From a virus (lineage: Duplodnaviria > Caudoviricetes), in IMG/VR virus record IMGVR_UViG_3300032320_001595, positions 17,612-81,611 of that record: 64,000 bases of DNA, one strand, 5' to 3'. Below are positions 25,824 through 35,800 of this stretch, piece by piece. The notes under the pieces were generated by a model. The model had not been told where the DNA came from. It saw only the letters and a program-made list of their open reading frames with translations, and did not search any database. How positions within the stretch are numbered: the first letter of the stretch is position 1; the number at the start of each line of letters is the position of its first letter. Made by a program: the position numbers and the translations under genes.

Positions 25824-26773
25824 GACACTCCATAGTTAAAACCTAGAGATAATGAGTATTCTATTGTAAGCGGAATAGAGGCAGGCTTTTTAACTGGTGC
25901 CGCCAGTACAGCCCTAGAGATCATCCCATAATTAGTATCTATAACATAGGAACCAAGGTCTATTCTTAGACCATCTAATAAAATGGTCTGTGAGTTATTC
26001 TGCCAGAATCTAACAAAATTAATATCCGTCCAGGATGGATTGCCTACGATGGTGGCATTTCCTTTTTCTACTTCTGAAATAAAGTATCCTGATGCTGTAG
26101 GGGTAGTAAATGTCAAAGTGTAGTAGTTTGAAGAATCAGTATAGAATCTAAAATTAACACTTGCCGTTGTTATATTATTATCTAGGCCAGCCAATCTAAA
26201 CGTATCTTGAGAGGTGTATCTATTAATATACTCAAGGGTGCCGTCTGTTGAAGAGTACTGTAAATAGTCTGTAGATCCACCAGTTTGGGGGATGGAGTAA
26301 AGTTGTGACCCTATTCTGGCAGTAGTTGTACTTACTAATTGTGACCCAGACGCTGTTCCAAATTTAATAAAACTATCCACGTTGTCAAAGTCAAATATTA
26401 AAGAGCCATTCATTCCAATTGATGAATCTAGTACTGGTGATGGGTACAAAGCAACTTCTCTAATTTCAGACTGGAAGGGGTCATTTATTGTTCCAGAGTA
26501 AACTAAGATATCATTATTATTTTCTATCTGTAAAGAACTTCCTATAACTTTTGTGCGTCCAGTTTCAAATTTCAATGTGCTATTGGTTATCAGACTAGAT
26601 GATGCACTCAATACGTTTGCGGAATCGCCTATTCCATAGGCTATAGTATTTGCAAAACTTGGTATAATGCCAAGGAGAGATTTTATTACAATAGATCTTC
26701 CAGCGACAGTAAGGGCATTTTTCTGCTCATAAACGAGGGTATCGTCTAAATAAAATCTATAAATACCATCCAT
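25820..26773 (-). CDS. Putative baseplate/minor tail protein
   Basis: KNALTVAGRSIV...IAYGIGD...LKFETGR...IREVALY N-terminal pattern typical of baseplate/fibre attachment proteins. Confidence 0.65.
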   Translation of the reverse strand: MDGIYRFYLDDTLVYEQKNALTVAGRSIVIKSLLGIIPSFANTIAYGIGDSANVLSASSSLITNSTLKFETGRTKVIGSSLQIENNNDILVYSGTINDPFQSEIREVALYPSPVLDSSIGMNGSLIFDFDNVDSFIKFGTASGSQLVSTTTARIGSQLYSIPQTGGSTDYLQYSSTDGTLEYINRYTSQDTFRLAGLDNNITTASVNFRFYTDSSNYYTLTFTTPTASGYFISEVEKGNATIVGNPSWTDINFVRFWQNNSQTILLDGLRIDLGSYVIDTNYGMISRAVLAAPVKKPASIPLTIEYSLSLGFNYGVS

Positions 26774-26775
26774 AA

Positions 26776-28155
26776 TTACTCGCCCTCCGCGACACGGGTT
26801 TCTATTCCATCTTCATCTACTTTAACTACTATGGCCTTCAGACTCTCTATTATATCATTGTTAATGTTGATATTTAAATCATAGTAGGGTTCGCCAGAAG
26901 CATTATAATTCAACTCAAAGAATTCTAAAAATCTTATATAGTAATAGTTAGTACTATTTGGATCTGATTTTGCAAACTCTTTTGTTAATATATCTGTCAC
27001 TCCTAAAAGAATTTCAGATGCTAGTGCGGACTCATTAGATTCAGACTGATTATTTTCTAATGGATCTGTATAAAGAAGATCTCCCTGAAACCCTGAATTT
27101 GCAGGCACTTGATTAATGCCATCATAATCTATTCCGGCCTCAAGAAATTCTCTAGTCGATTTAATTAATGACATTGTTATGCGCTCTACTTCTTTCTTAA
27201 CCTTTGTGTCAATGTTGGGCATCCAAATACGTTCGGCATCTTTAGGGTAGGATATATCTGCACCAAAATTTGTTTTTGGAATATTTGCATCAATGGTGCC
27301 TGTGGCAGAGCGTGTAGTTGGAACATCAGATGCTGCAGAGGTAGCATCATCTTCAACCGAATCATCTTCTTCCCCGCCACCCTTGCCGCCTCCACCATCT
27401 ACGGCTAGTTCGGATATTAAATCTAATTCATTCTTTAGGGTTTTATTTTCTTCTTTAAGTTTTTTTACATCCCCCTGTAATTCATTAATTAATCTAAGAA
27501 TAGCGTCAATATCTTTTTGATTAAATTTACCGTCGTCTAGTACTGGTGGAGGCTGGATTACTCCCCCGCCTGGAGGTTTATCTGGGCCTCCCCCGCCTGG
27601 AGGTTTATCTGGTCCTCCTCCGCCTGGAGGTTTATCTGGACCTCCTCCGCCTGGAGGTTTATCTGGACCTCCTCCTCCGTTGTTATTGCCTCCTCCGCCA
27701 GTTTTTGGAGGAGGAATATTTCCCTTAATATTTGAATCTAATGCTCTATTAAGTTGTTGAGTAAAATATCTTTCTTCATCCTCAGATAGATTGCCTTTGT
27801 TATTAGACATACTTCTAGCAAGTTGCCTTAACTCTTCTGCCTCATTCTGAGTTAATTTTCCAGCCTGTCTCAACTCATTAACTTTATCAATGCGTCTTTG
27901 TTCCTCTGTGGCATTATTTGGTGGCGGAGGAGGCGGTGGAGGTGGTGGTGGCGTAGGCGCAGGAGTAGGTGTAGACACAGAAATAGGGGTAGGCGCAGGC
28001 GCTGGCGGAGGTGGTGGCTTTGGCGCTGGCGGAGGTGGTGGCTTTGGCGCTGGCGGAGGTGGTGGCTTTGGCGCTGGTGGAGGAGGTGGCTTTGGCGCTG
28101 GTTTTGGCGGCGGGGGTGGTGGTTTCGGGGCTGGTTTTGGAGGATTCTTAGCCAT
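26776..28155 (-). CDS. Proline/glycine-rich low-complexity tail-module protein
   Basis: (PAPKPPPP)n and (GGGGPDKPP)n tracts, coiled coil, globular acidic C-terminus. Confidence 0.75.
   Translation of the reverse strand: MAKNPPKPAPKPPPPPPKPAPKPPPPPAPKPPPPPAPKPPPPPAPKPPPPPAPAPTPISVSTPTPAPTPPPPPPPPPPPNNATEEQRRIDKVNELRQAGKLTQNEAEELRQLARSMSNNKGNLSEDEERYFTQQLNRALDSNIKGNIPPPKTGGGGNNNGGGGPDKPPGGGGPDKPPGGGGPDKPPGGGGPDKPPGGGVIQPPPVLDDGKFNQKDIDAILRLINELQGDVKKLKEENKTLKNELDLISELAVDGGGGKGGGEEDDSVEDDATSAASDVPTTRSATGTIDANIPKTNFGADISYPKDAERIWMPNIDTKVKKEVERITMSLIKSTREFLEAGIDYDGINQVPANSGFQGDLLYTDPLENNQSESNESALASEILLGVTDILTKEFAKSDPNSTNYYYIRFLEFFELNYNASGEPYYDLNININNDIIESLKAIVVKVDEDGIETRVAEGE
27564..27671. repeat. 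27-bp coding tandem repeat x4 (GGGGPDKPP)
   Basis: c(c/t)ccgcctggaggtttatctggncctc repeated four times. Confidence 0.9.
28008..28110. repeat. 24-bp coding tandem repeat (PAPKPPPP), 3 perfect copies plus degenerate ones
   Basis: ggcgctggcggaggtggtggcttt repeats. Confidence 0.9.
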
Positions 28156-31100
28156 TACTCTCCCACCTCAATTATTTCTATATTCATGGAAGGTCCATTG
28201 GATGTTACTGCGTGAGATATAGATGATACTGCAAAAACTCTATCTCCAAAGTTTGGCTCATCTTGAACATAGCCACGACTCTTATCGTATATTCTAATTT
28301 TATCGCCTAATTCTAATAATGGATTGGGGTATATTTCCATGGACAGTTTTAGCCTTTGCCTTCCACAATATTTTATAATCCATTTCATTAGATTTTTTGC
28401 TTGGCTTGTGGTTTGAATATACTGACTGTCTAGATTAAATGACTGAGAGCCATATATAGATAGGTTTCTTTCTCTATCTGCAACTTTACGCTTTTTCTCA
28501 TCAACATTATCAAAGTAGTCTTTCATTGTAATAGTTCCAGAACTTAATTCCTCTACTCCAATTCCAACTATATATAATGGCAAACTACTCTCCTCTCCAA
28601 GAAGAATAGGGCCAGAGGAAGTGTTAACAACTATGATCTTAGCCCCAAATGAAGTTGGTTCGTATTTTTTAATCATATACTGTGAGTTAACCTTTGAAAC
28701 ATCAATGAGAGCAGATGAAAACGCAGGGGCTTCAAACCTTATCTCATATTCTTTTACCTGTCTTACTAGTCTAGCAAAGTCATTGAAATAGTATTGAATG
28801 CCATCGTCTTTAAATAAATAATCTTTATTAACAGGTATTACTCCAGACTGAATGGCCTGATCTAAGGTTGTCTTAGATTTAAAATATCCTTTAAGCGGAG
28901 CGCGTGCTGGACGAGCAGCAGCAGCAAACCATTCATATATCGCCTGTGAATCATTTCTTACAAACATGAAAACTCTTGAACCATTTACAGGAACTGCATC
29001 TTCTAACTTTTCTGTATAAGAGCCAATTTCTGTATTACCATAAAAAATAGTATATTCTGTACCATTATTATATTTTACAATTTGAATTTCTAACTCAAAA
29101 ACTGGGTCAGCGACGTTAGTATTCTTTAATACTTGAACCTCAGTATTAGAAACCGTTTGAGCGCCTACTGGTGCTTTTAGAAGCAATTCAGGCTGGTACT
29201 TTCCATCTTTATTTAATGAAATTCTATAGAATCTAAGATTATTTTTAGCGGCCTGTTTAGCAACTGAATCTTTGCCTGCCCCAATAGATTCTACTTCTAG
29301 ATAATATCCTTCGTTATTTCCATTTAGACCAAATCCTATACCAGCAATTGAAGAATTTGTTGACATAATATATTGATCATTCTTTCTTTTCTTTGTAGAA
29401 GAGAATAATCTCATTCTTGTAGATATACTATTTGGAACAAAAGGAAGATCCAAATACTGTCCGTATAGATTTCTTTCACCTTGCATATACACAAATGGAT
29501 CAAAACTCTCTCCTGGAACAATATTGTCTACTTGCTTGTTCATGTTATTAAGAAGATCTACTACCCCAGGAGCGCCCTGATCTAATTTATTTATAATATT
29601 TATATCTTCTGCAGGAGATTGTGGCCCATCTAATTTTAAAAACCCAAGGTAAGATTCAAGATTTGAGAATGAGAGTGTCCCCAGGCTGTTCTTGGCAGAC
29701 TTAAACTTGCTTTGATCTAAGAAATTAAATTTTGTAGTTGCCTTAATATTTCCTGGAACAGAATAATTTTTTGTTTCCCCAAAACTTAATTTAAATGTTT
29801 TGCTTGGACTAATTCCGTCGCTATTTTCTGCTAATGAGTAGTGAGATTCAATGGTGCTGCCAAGTTTAGCCCTACCATCACCAACTACCTCGTATGTATA
29901 ACTGTCTTCTGATTTAGATACTATATTTAACCCTACATATATAACCAATCCAATAAACGCTATAGAGCCACCAGATGGAATAAATCTAATAATTTCTTGA
30001 AACTCTTCTTCGCTAAATATAATTCTTAAGTTTCCATTTACAGAATAAAGTTTACCTCTATACTTTATGTATTCTTTATCTATAAGAACAGTTCCCTCGT
30101 AATCAGGTATTGTGTAACCCTCATTCTTGTCTATGAATATAATTAAATCTTTTTTGGCGGCTAGTGCTGCATTTGCTCCACCAGTCCAACTAGAACTAAT
30201 GTTTGTACTTTGATATATATTTCTTACCGCCTCATCTTCATTTAAGGCAACATATTGTTTATCAAAAACATCTTTAAGCCTTCTGTTTCCAAGATCTAGA
30301 GTTAGGTTTGCTGCGCCCATCACAGAGGAATTATCTTGTCCTGGAGTCCATAAGATTTTAGTCGCATATGTATAGTTAGAAAATGCTAGTGCGGCAGCGG
30401 GGAAGTCTTGAGTTAATTGATTTAACACATTGCTGGGAATATTATTAATCCCAGGGACTTTTCTTGGACCAAATGAATGATATCGAATATCTCCATCTGT
30501 AACAGGATTAATTTTATTTTCTCCATAAGACATTACGTTTGTTCTATATGAGGATATGTAGTTGTATTCACTAGCATTTCCCCCTCCAGATTTTGTATAA
30601 TCCTCATCGAATATCATCCAAAAATCTGTGCCAGGAAGTTGTGCGGGAACTGGATGGTCTTGAGAAACCCAGAAACCATAATAATCACTATAGGTCCATT
30701 GTGTTTCAAATGGTAGGGCGTCAGTATTGCCTCCGTAGAAAAACCAATTATTGCTATACCAAACATATTTATATGGGTCTGGGTTAGTATTAATTTGCTG
30801 GGCAGAGTCTTGTATAGAAACTTTTTGTGACAATCTTTCTTTTGTAAAAACATTTAGGCTGCCTTCATTATCGTAAAAGAAACAGCATTGAGTCGCTACT
30901 GCAATAGATTCAAGAACCTCTGCTACCGTCTGCTCTTTTTTACAAAAAAAGTTTCTAATTACAACATCTTCATTTTTACTATTCGGGCCATATGATTTTT
31001 TAAACTCATACCCAGAAAATCCAGAATTATCTAGAAGAGATAAAATAATAAAAGATAGTTTATTGCTTTTTCCGTATCCTTTCAGGAACAGGTCTGGAGC

Positions 31101-32366
31101 CTGAGTCTGTCTTAGATACTTCATTCCGTCTTCAATTCCTACTGAAACAGAGTAATCTTCTGCTACGTTCCACTCATTTGAATACATAACTTTCAGTGGA
31201 ATAACGCTAGCAGTTATTTCTGGGCTGTCGATTATTTGATAGAAAGTAAACTTTACATCTGGATTTAACATGTTTAAATCATTTAGGGTGCTGGAGAATA
31301 AGAATTGATTTTCTTCATTTGACAATGCTAATTGTCCAGTACTTGACACCACAGATCCGACTGGCAAACCTATATTAGTTGTATCTCCAATTGATGAATT
31401 AAATGAAAATGACTCTGTATATTGTGTTAAATCTATTTCTAATCTTGGAGAGATTTCAATGACCTCTAGGCCACCAGGATTTTTTGGCTTGGTTGTCCCA
31501 CCATTATTCTGTATATTCTTAACGTTCATATTAAAAACCAATAACCTAACTCCATCAATTTTTATTAATTGAGTTGGACTTACACTAGTCAGTTGGTTTA
31601 GATCATCTACTCTTCTGACAGTTTTTGACCAAGAATTATTGTAATAATATATATCGCAAATTCCGTTAGAGAAATATGCAGATGCTCCACCTGGCTCTCT
31701 TACACTAACTGCAGTTTGCCATGATCCCGATTTTAAAAACTGTATAGCAAATTGATCTGGTGAAGTCAGATGGTTCTGCACTTTAATTGTAATTTTATTG
31801 CAAGGAAGAGTTTCATTATATACCACAAATGGGTTGGCAGCAGAAATATTTCCATTCTCCATTACTACGCCATTAGTATCTAGTGTTGAACCCATTACCT
31901 TAGCACTATTAAAGTAGTCGTACTCTCTTGAGTATGAGAACGGATAGAATCTAGGAGAAGCAGAGTTTATATTGTCCTGTTTGATATTTGTAGCGTTTCC
32001 AACAATTAGATTGTTTCCATATTTTTGTAGTAATACAATTCCTGGATTTGGTCTATTTGGTTTAAAAATAGATGAAAGGCTAGAAAAATATTCTTGACTT
32101 GCGGCTCTTTTTACCGTGTTGTCATCATAAATAATATAGTTGTCTCCAGATAGTATTTCTGATGAAGAGGCATTATAGATAGGAGTATTGGATGCTGTTA
32201 CTGGATTTTTGTAAATACCGTATTGTTCAATTTCGTAGTATTTATTCATATTCCATTCAGCAATAACTGAATGCTCACTACTTATAGTATCAATATTTTT
32301 TAGTAGATTTCTTGTTGCTCCATAGTCTAACACTAGACCTCCACCAAAGTCATTGAAATATCCCAA
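28155..32366 (-). CDS. Large minor tail protein (tail tip/hub-like)
   Basis: 1403 aa, two genes downstream of tape measure; beta-rich; C-terminal YIQ...QAKNLMKWI...PLLELGDKIRI hub-type motif. Confidence 0.75.
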   Translation of the reverse strand: MGYFNDFGGGLVLDYGATRNLLKNIDTISSEHSVIAEWNMNKYYEIEQYGIYKNPVTASNTPIYNASSSEILSGDNYIIYDDNTVKRAASQEYFSSLSSIFKPNRPNPGIVLLQKYGNNLIVGNATNIKQDNINSASPRFYPFSYSREYDYFNSAKVMGSTLDTNGVVMENGNISAANPFVVYNETLPCNKITIKVQNHLTSPDQFAIQFLKSGSWQTAVSVREPGGASAYFSNGICDIYYYNNSWSKTVRRVDDLNQLTSVSPTQLIKIDGVRLLVFNMNVKNIQNNGGTTKPKNPGGLEVIEISPRLEIDLTQYTESFSFNSSIGDTTNIGLPVGSVVSSTGQLALSNEENQFLFSSTLNDLNMLNPDVKFTFYQIIDSPEITASVIPLKVMYSNEWNVAEDYSVSVGIEDGMKYLRQTQAPDLFLKGYGKSNKLSFIILSLLDNSGFSGYEFKKSYGPNSKNEDVVIRNFFCKKEQTVAEVLESIAVATQCCFFYDNEGSLNVFTKERLSQKVSIQDSAQQINTNPDPYKYVWYSNNWFFYGGNTDALPFETQWTYSDYYGFWVSQDHPVPAQLPGTDFWMIFDEDYTKSGGGNASEYNYISSYRTNVMSYGENKINPVTDGDIRYHSFGPRKVPGINNIPSNVLNQLTQDFPAAALAFSNYTYATKILWTPGQDNSSVMGAANLTLDLGNRRLKDVFDKQYVALNEDEAVRNIYQSTNISSSWTGGANAALAAKKDLIIFIDKNEGYTIPDYEGTVLIDKEYIKYRGKLYSVNGNLRIIFSEEEFQEIIRFIPSGGSIAFIGLVIYVGLNIVSKSEDSYTYEVVGDGRAKLGSTIESHYSLAENSDGISPSKTFKLSFGETKNYSVPGNIKATTKFNFLDQSKFKSAKNSLGTLSFSNLESYLGFLKLDGPQSPAEDINIINKLDQGAPGVVDLLNNMNKQVDNIVPGESFDPFVYMQGERNLYGQYLDLPFVPNSISTRMRLFSSTKKRKNDQYIMSTNSSIAGIGFGLNGNNEGYYLEVESIGAGKDSVAKQAAKNNLRFYRISLNKDGKYQPELLLKAPVGAQTVSNTEVQVLKNTNVADPVFELEIQIVKYNNGTEYTIFYGNTEIGSYTEKLEDAVPVNGSRVFMFVRNDSQAIYEWFAAAARPARAPLKGYFKSKTTLDQAIQSGVIPVNKDYLFKDDGIQYYFNDFARLVRQVKEYEIRFEAPAFSSALIDVSKVNSQYMIKKYEPTSFGAKIIVVNTSSGPILLGEESSLPLYIVGIGVEELSSGTITMKDYFDNVDEKKRKVADRERNLSIYGSQSFNLDSQYIQTTSQAKNLMKWIIKYCGRQRLKLSMEIYPNPLLELGDKIRIYDKSRGYVQDEPNFGDRVFAVSSISHAVTSNGPSMNIEIIEVGE

Positions 32367-32872
32367 AGATCAGTTGCTGAACCTCTTGCTTTTACGTTAA
32401 AGGAAAAGTCTTCAAAGAAGACATTATACGTTTCAAGAGAGTAGGTTAGTGGTACGGACGGTGAAGCCATTGGGGTATCATACACTAAGGTTAGGTAAAA
32501 ACTATCTGAATGACTTGTATGCCATTGAAGCATTTCTTGACATGATGCCCAGCCAGTAGGAGATGTAATAAATCTGCTTTCAGATAGTTCTGTTTTTAAA
32601 GATGGTAGGTCTTTCCATGATACTGAGAATGTTTTTTTATCTGCAACATGGTATGACCTCATTCTTCCATTGATCATTCTCTTCTTATATTCTATTCTAT
32701 CTAGTGTAACTTGAAGGCTAGATCTATTGTCGTCAGTAAGGTATATGTAATTGGAGCCAGCCGTTCCTAGATCATACTGTCCTGCAACAGCATTAACGAC
32801 AGTAGGCTGGGCCTCTGTAAAAATCATTAGCGCTGGCCTTGTCCATACTTGCTGCAAAGTTGTTGTTGGCAT
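32333..32872 (-). CDS. Distal-tail-like minor tail protein
   Basis: Directly after tape measure; RMINGRMRSYHVADKKTFSVSW...WDISMTLVEV. Confidence 0.7.
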   Translation of the reverse strand: MPTTTLQQVWTRPALMIFTEAQPTVVNAVAGQYDLGTAGSNYIYLTDDNRSSLQVTLDRIEYKKRMINGRMRSYHVADKKTFSVSWKDLPSLKTELSESRFITSPTGWASCQEMLQWHTSHSDSFYLTLVYDTPMASPSVPLTYSLETYNVFFEDFSFNVKARGSATDLWDISMTLVEV

Positions 32873-32875
32873 TTA

Positions 32876-35800
32876 TTATATGCTCCTACTATGATTTCTA
32901 CGATTATTTGATGAGTTAATCATACTAGCAACCTTATTAGCAATTGCTGTAGCACTCTTTCCGCTAACCCCATTAATTACAATCTTAACGTTGCTGGAAG
33001 AATTATTAGTTGAAGATGTTCCTCCATTTACAGTTGTTGCAATACTTGAAGATGGAGCGGTAGGCATTGAAGGCATTCCAAAGGACGGCATGTTAAAGTT
33101 TCCAGAATTAATTTGATCCATAAAACCGCGACCATACTTATCTACAGCATTTGACTTCATCACATATTCACCGCTTGAAAGAAGAGCGGGAACCGTATCA
33201 GATCTTGGTCCACCCATTCCACCAACAAATCCACCCGCTGCAAACTTAGATGGTCTTTTAATTGAAACTACAGGATGGTTTGAAAATCCCCCTTGGATTC
33301 CAACGCCACCATTGAAAACTTTTCCTGCGCCCATATACATCTCAACGTGATTTACTGGATTCTGAGTATTTACACCGCTTGAATTATAGTAAAAGATTAA
33401 ATCTCCTGGAGCAATATTAGATCTGCTAACAGTTTGCCTCAATCCAGCATACTGTCCGTATGATAGTGATGGGCTTGGAAGAGTTATTCCAGCACCATTC
33501 TTATAAAGCCATGCAACAGAAGTAGCGCATCCCCATCCAGTTGGATTTCCACTTTTATCTGTTTGAATTGGATATGCGCTTGAGTATGGCAAGTATGAAT
33601 ATTTTTGTGCTAAGGAAAGAATATTATCCATTCCTGGAGCAACTGGTGGGTTTGTTGTTACGCCGCCAGGAGGTGGTGAACCTGTTCCAGTACCAGGATC
33701 TGGTTTTGGTTTATTTTTGTTTGGAAATATTCTTCCCTCAACAAGTTTTGGAGATGCAAAATTAAACGATCCTCTTTCTGCAGTATTTTGACCACCTTCA
33801 ATTAGCCCACCTTCAGCAAATTTTTGAGTGTTGATTGCATCCATTAATCCTGTGCCGTACTTCTTGACACTAGATGCCTGAACTACATATTCTCCATTAG
33901 AAAGCATTGCGGGGATTACATCAGACTTGGGGCCGCCTGGTCCAGATATTGGGCCTCCATTAGCCCTATTAGGGATAGGAGATGTTCCTGGCCTCATGCC
34001 CAAAAGTTCTGCTATTGTTGCGGCATTATAGTTTATTCCTGTTTGAGTTCTATCCTGTTCTGGATATAGCGTCATTAATCTTTCTTTTGCATTTTTCAAT
34101 GCTTCTTCAGCAGATATTTTATTCTTAATATCTGCAAGATACATTGTTCTAATTAAGGCTTTTTGCTCTTCAATGTAGGGGGCAGCCAATTCTGGCCCAA
34201 GAACTTTTGCAAGGTCTTTAGCACTAATTATTTGTTGAGCCTCTGCTGCATCTATAGCCTTTTGAATTCCTTCTCTTTTAACTTGTTCCTTTGCTCTAGC
34301 ATCTTGAAGATCTTCAACTCTTTTTTCTTTTATTTTCTTAAACTCTTCTAGTTGAGCCTCAAAACCTTTTTGTCTTTCATCTTGAAGATCTCTCTCAGCA
34401 TCCATCTGGTCATTAATTAAATCAATCTTTTCTTGTTGATTTTTCTCAAACTGTTCTTGTCTTTCTTGCTCTTTCTCAATTGTGTCTTCAATGGCGTTAA
34501 CTTCTTTTTCGCGTCGATCTTCTATGGATTGAATCTGATTGTCATAGGAGAATTGTTGAGCCTCTTGCCCCATCTCTGTTCTTGCCTGGAGGAAGCCAAA
34601 TACATCTCCAGAAGCCAATTTTTGGAGGGCACTAAAAGCAGTCTTTCTTTGATTTGCATAGAAACTATCTACTCTTTGACGTTTTTGAATAGATTTAATG
34701 TATGCATCTGTGGCCTCTACAATTCCATCTTTTTCTTCATTTAATGAGTCGATCTTTTCTTGAGTTTCTTCACGACGCTTATCAATCTTTTCTTGAATAA
34801 GGTCTGCTTCATCCTGCATTGCTTCTATAGCAGCATCAGATGCTTCTTGAGTGGCCTCAAAGTTTTCTTGAAGTTTTTCTGTGCCCTTTTCTAAACTATT
34901 TTGCACACGGTTAATCTGTTTATCAAGACCTTCAATATTGTCATCTGTTGCTTCAAGATTCTTTGTTAGATCAGCACCTAGCGCTTCAGATATAGAATCT
35001 TTTAGATTCTGTATATTTATTTCAGCCTGTCTGGTGTCTACCCTTATTTTAATCTCTGCGTCTAGAGTTCCTGCTTCTATCGCAGCAATAATTTCTGGAA
35101 GACTCATCCCAGCACTTAACGCTCTTAAAACTTGCTTTGCCTTATCAGCATTTTCATCTATCATAGAAGCCAATCTTGATCCAGCGACTTCATCAATACC
35201 TTTTAGGTACTCCTCTATCTGATCTACATTAAATGTTTCATCAGTTGTCGCTGCTATTTGATCAAAATATTTAATTGCTTCTTGTGGTGCCTCTGTAAAT
35301 GTTTGGAAATAAAATTCTGCTGCCTTAATTAATTCATCTGATGATGTTGTCGCTAAATCTCCTATCCTTGCGGCATCTCTAACATAGTCTGAAGATCCAA
35401 ATGCAATTGCTGATCTACCATACCCTCTTGTTGTTCCTGGACTTACTACATTCCTTCTTCTTTCTTCACCGCTTACAGTAATTCTTTCAATTGCTGCCTG
35501 AGCCTGTTCTCCACCAGCAGCGCTAGATCTAAATGAAAGCATAGCGTCTAGAGTTGATGTTGCTTCAAGCATTCCCTGTCCCATAGCGGTAGCAAATGCC
35601 TGACCGCCCTTAACCCCTGCTTCTACTGCAATCGCCTCAACTGATGCCGTTGCCTGTTCTGCTGATAGTCCTGAGGCAATCATCTTATTAAATGCATTTG
35701 ATAATTCTCTTGCCCCTACCTCAGATCCCTGCCTTTGAATATTTTCAATAAGGGGGGCGTAATCTTGTTTAACTGCTTCTCTTAGACCTTGATCAACTTC

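Noticed and set aside
27293-28222. Gly-rich and Trp/Arg-rich ORFs opposite the Pro-rich gene
   Set aside because: Frame artefacts of the tandem repeats.
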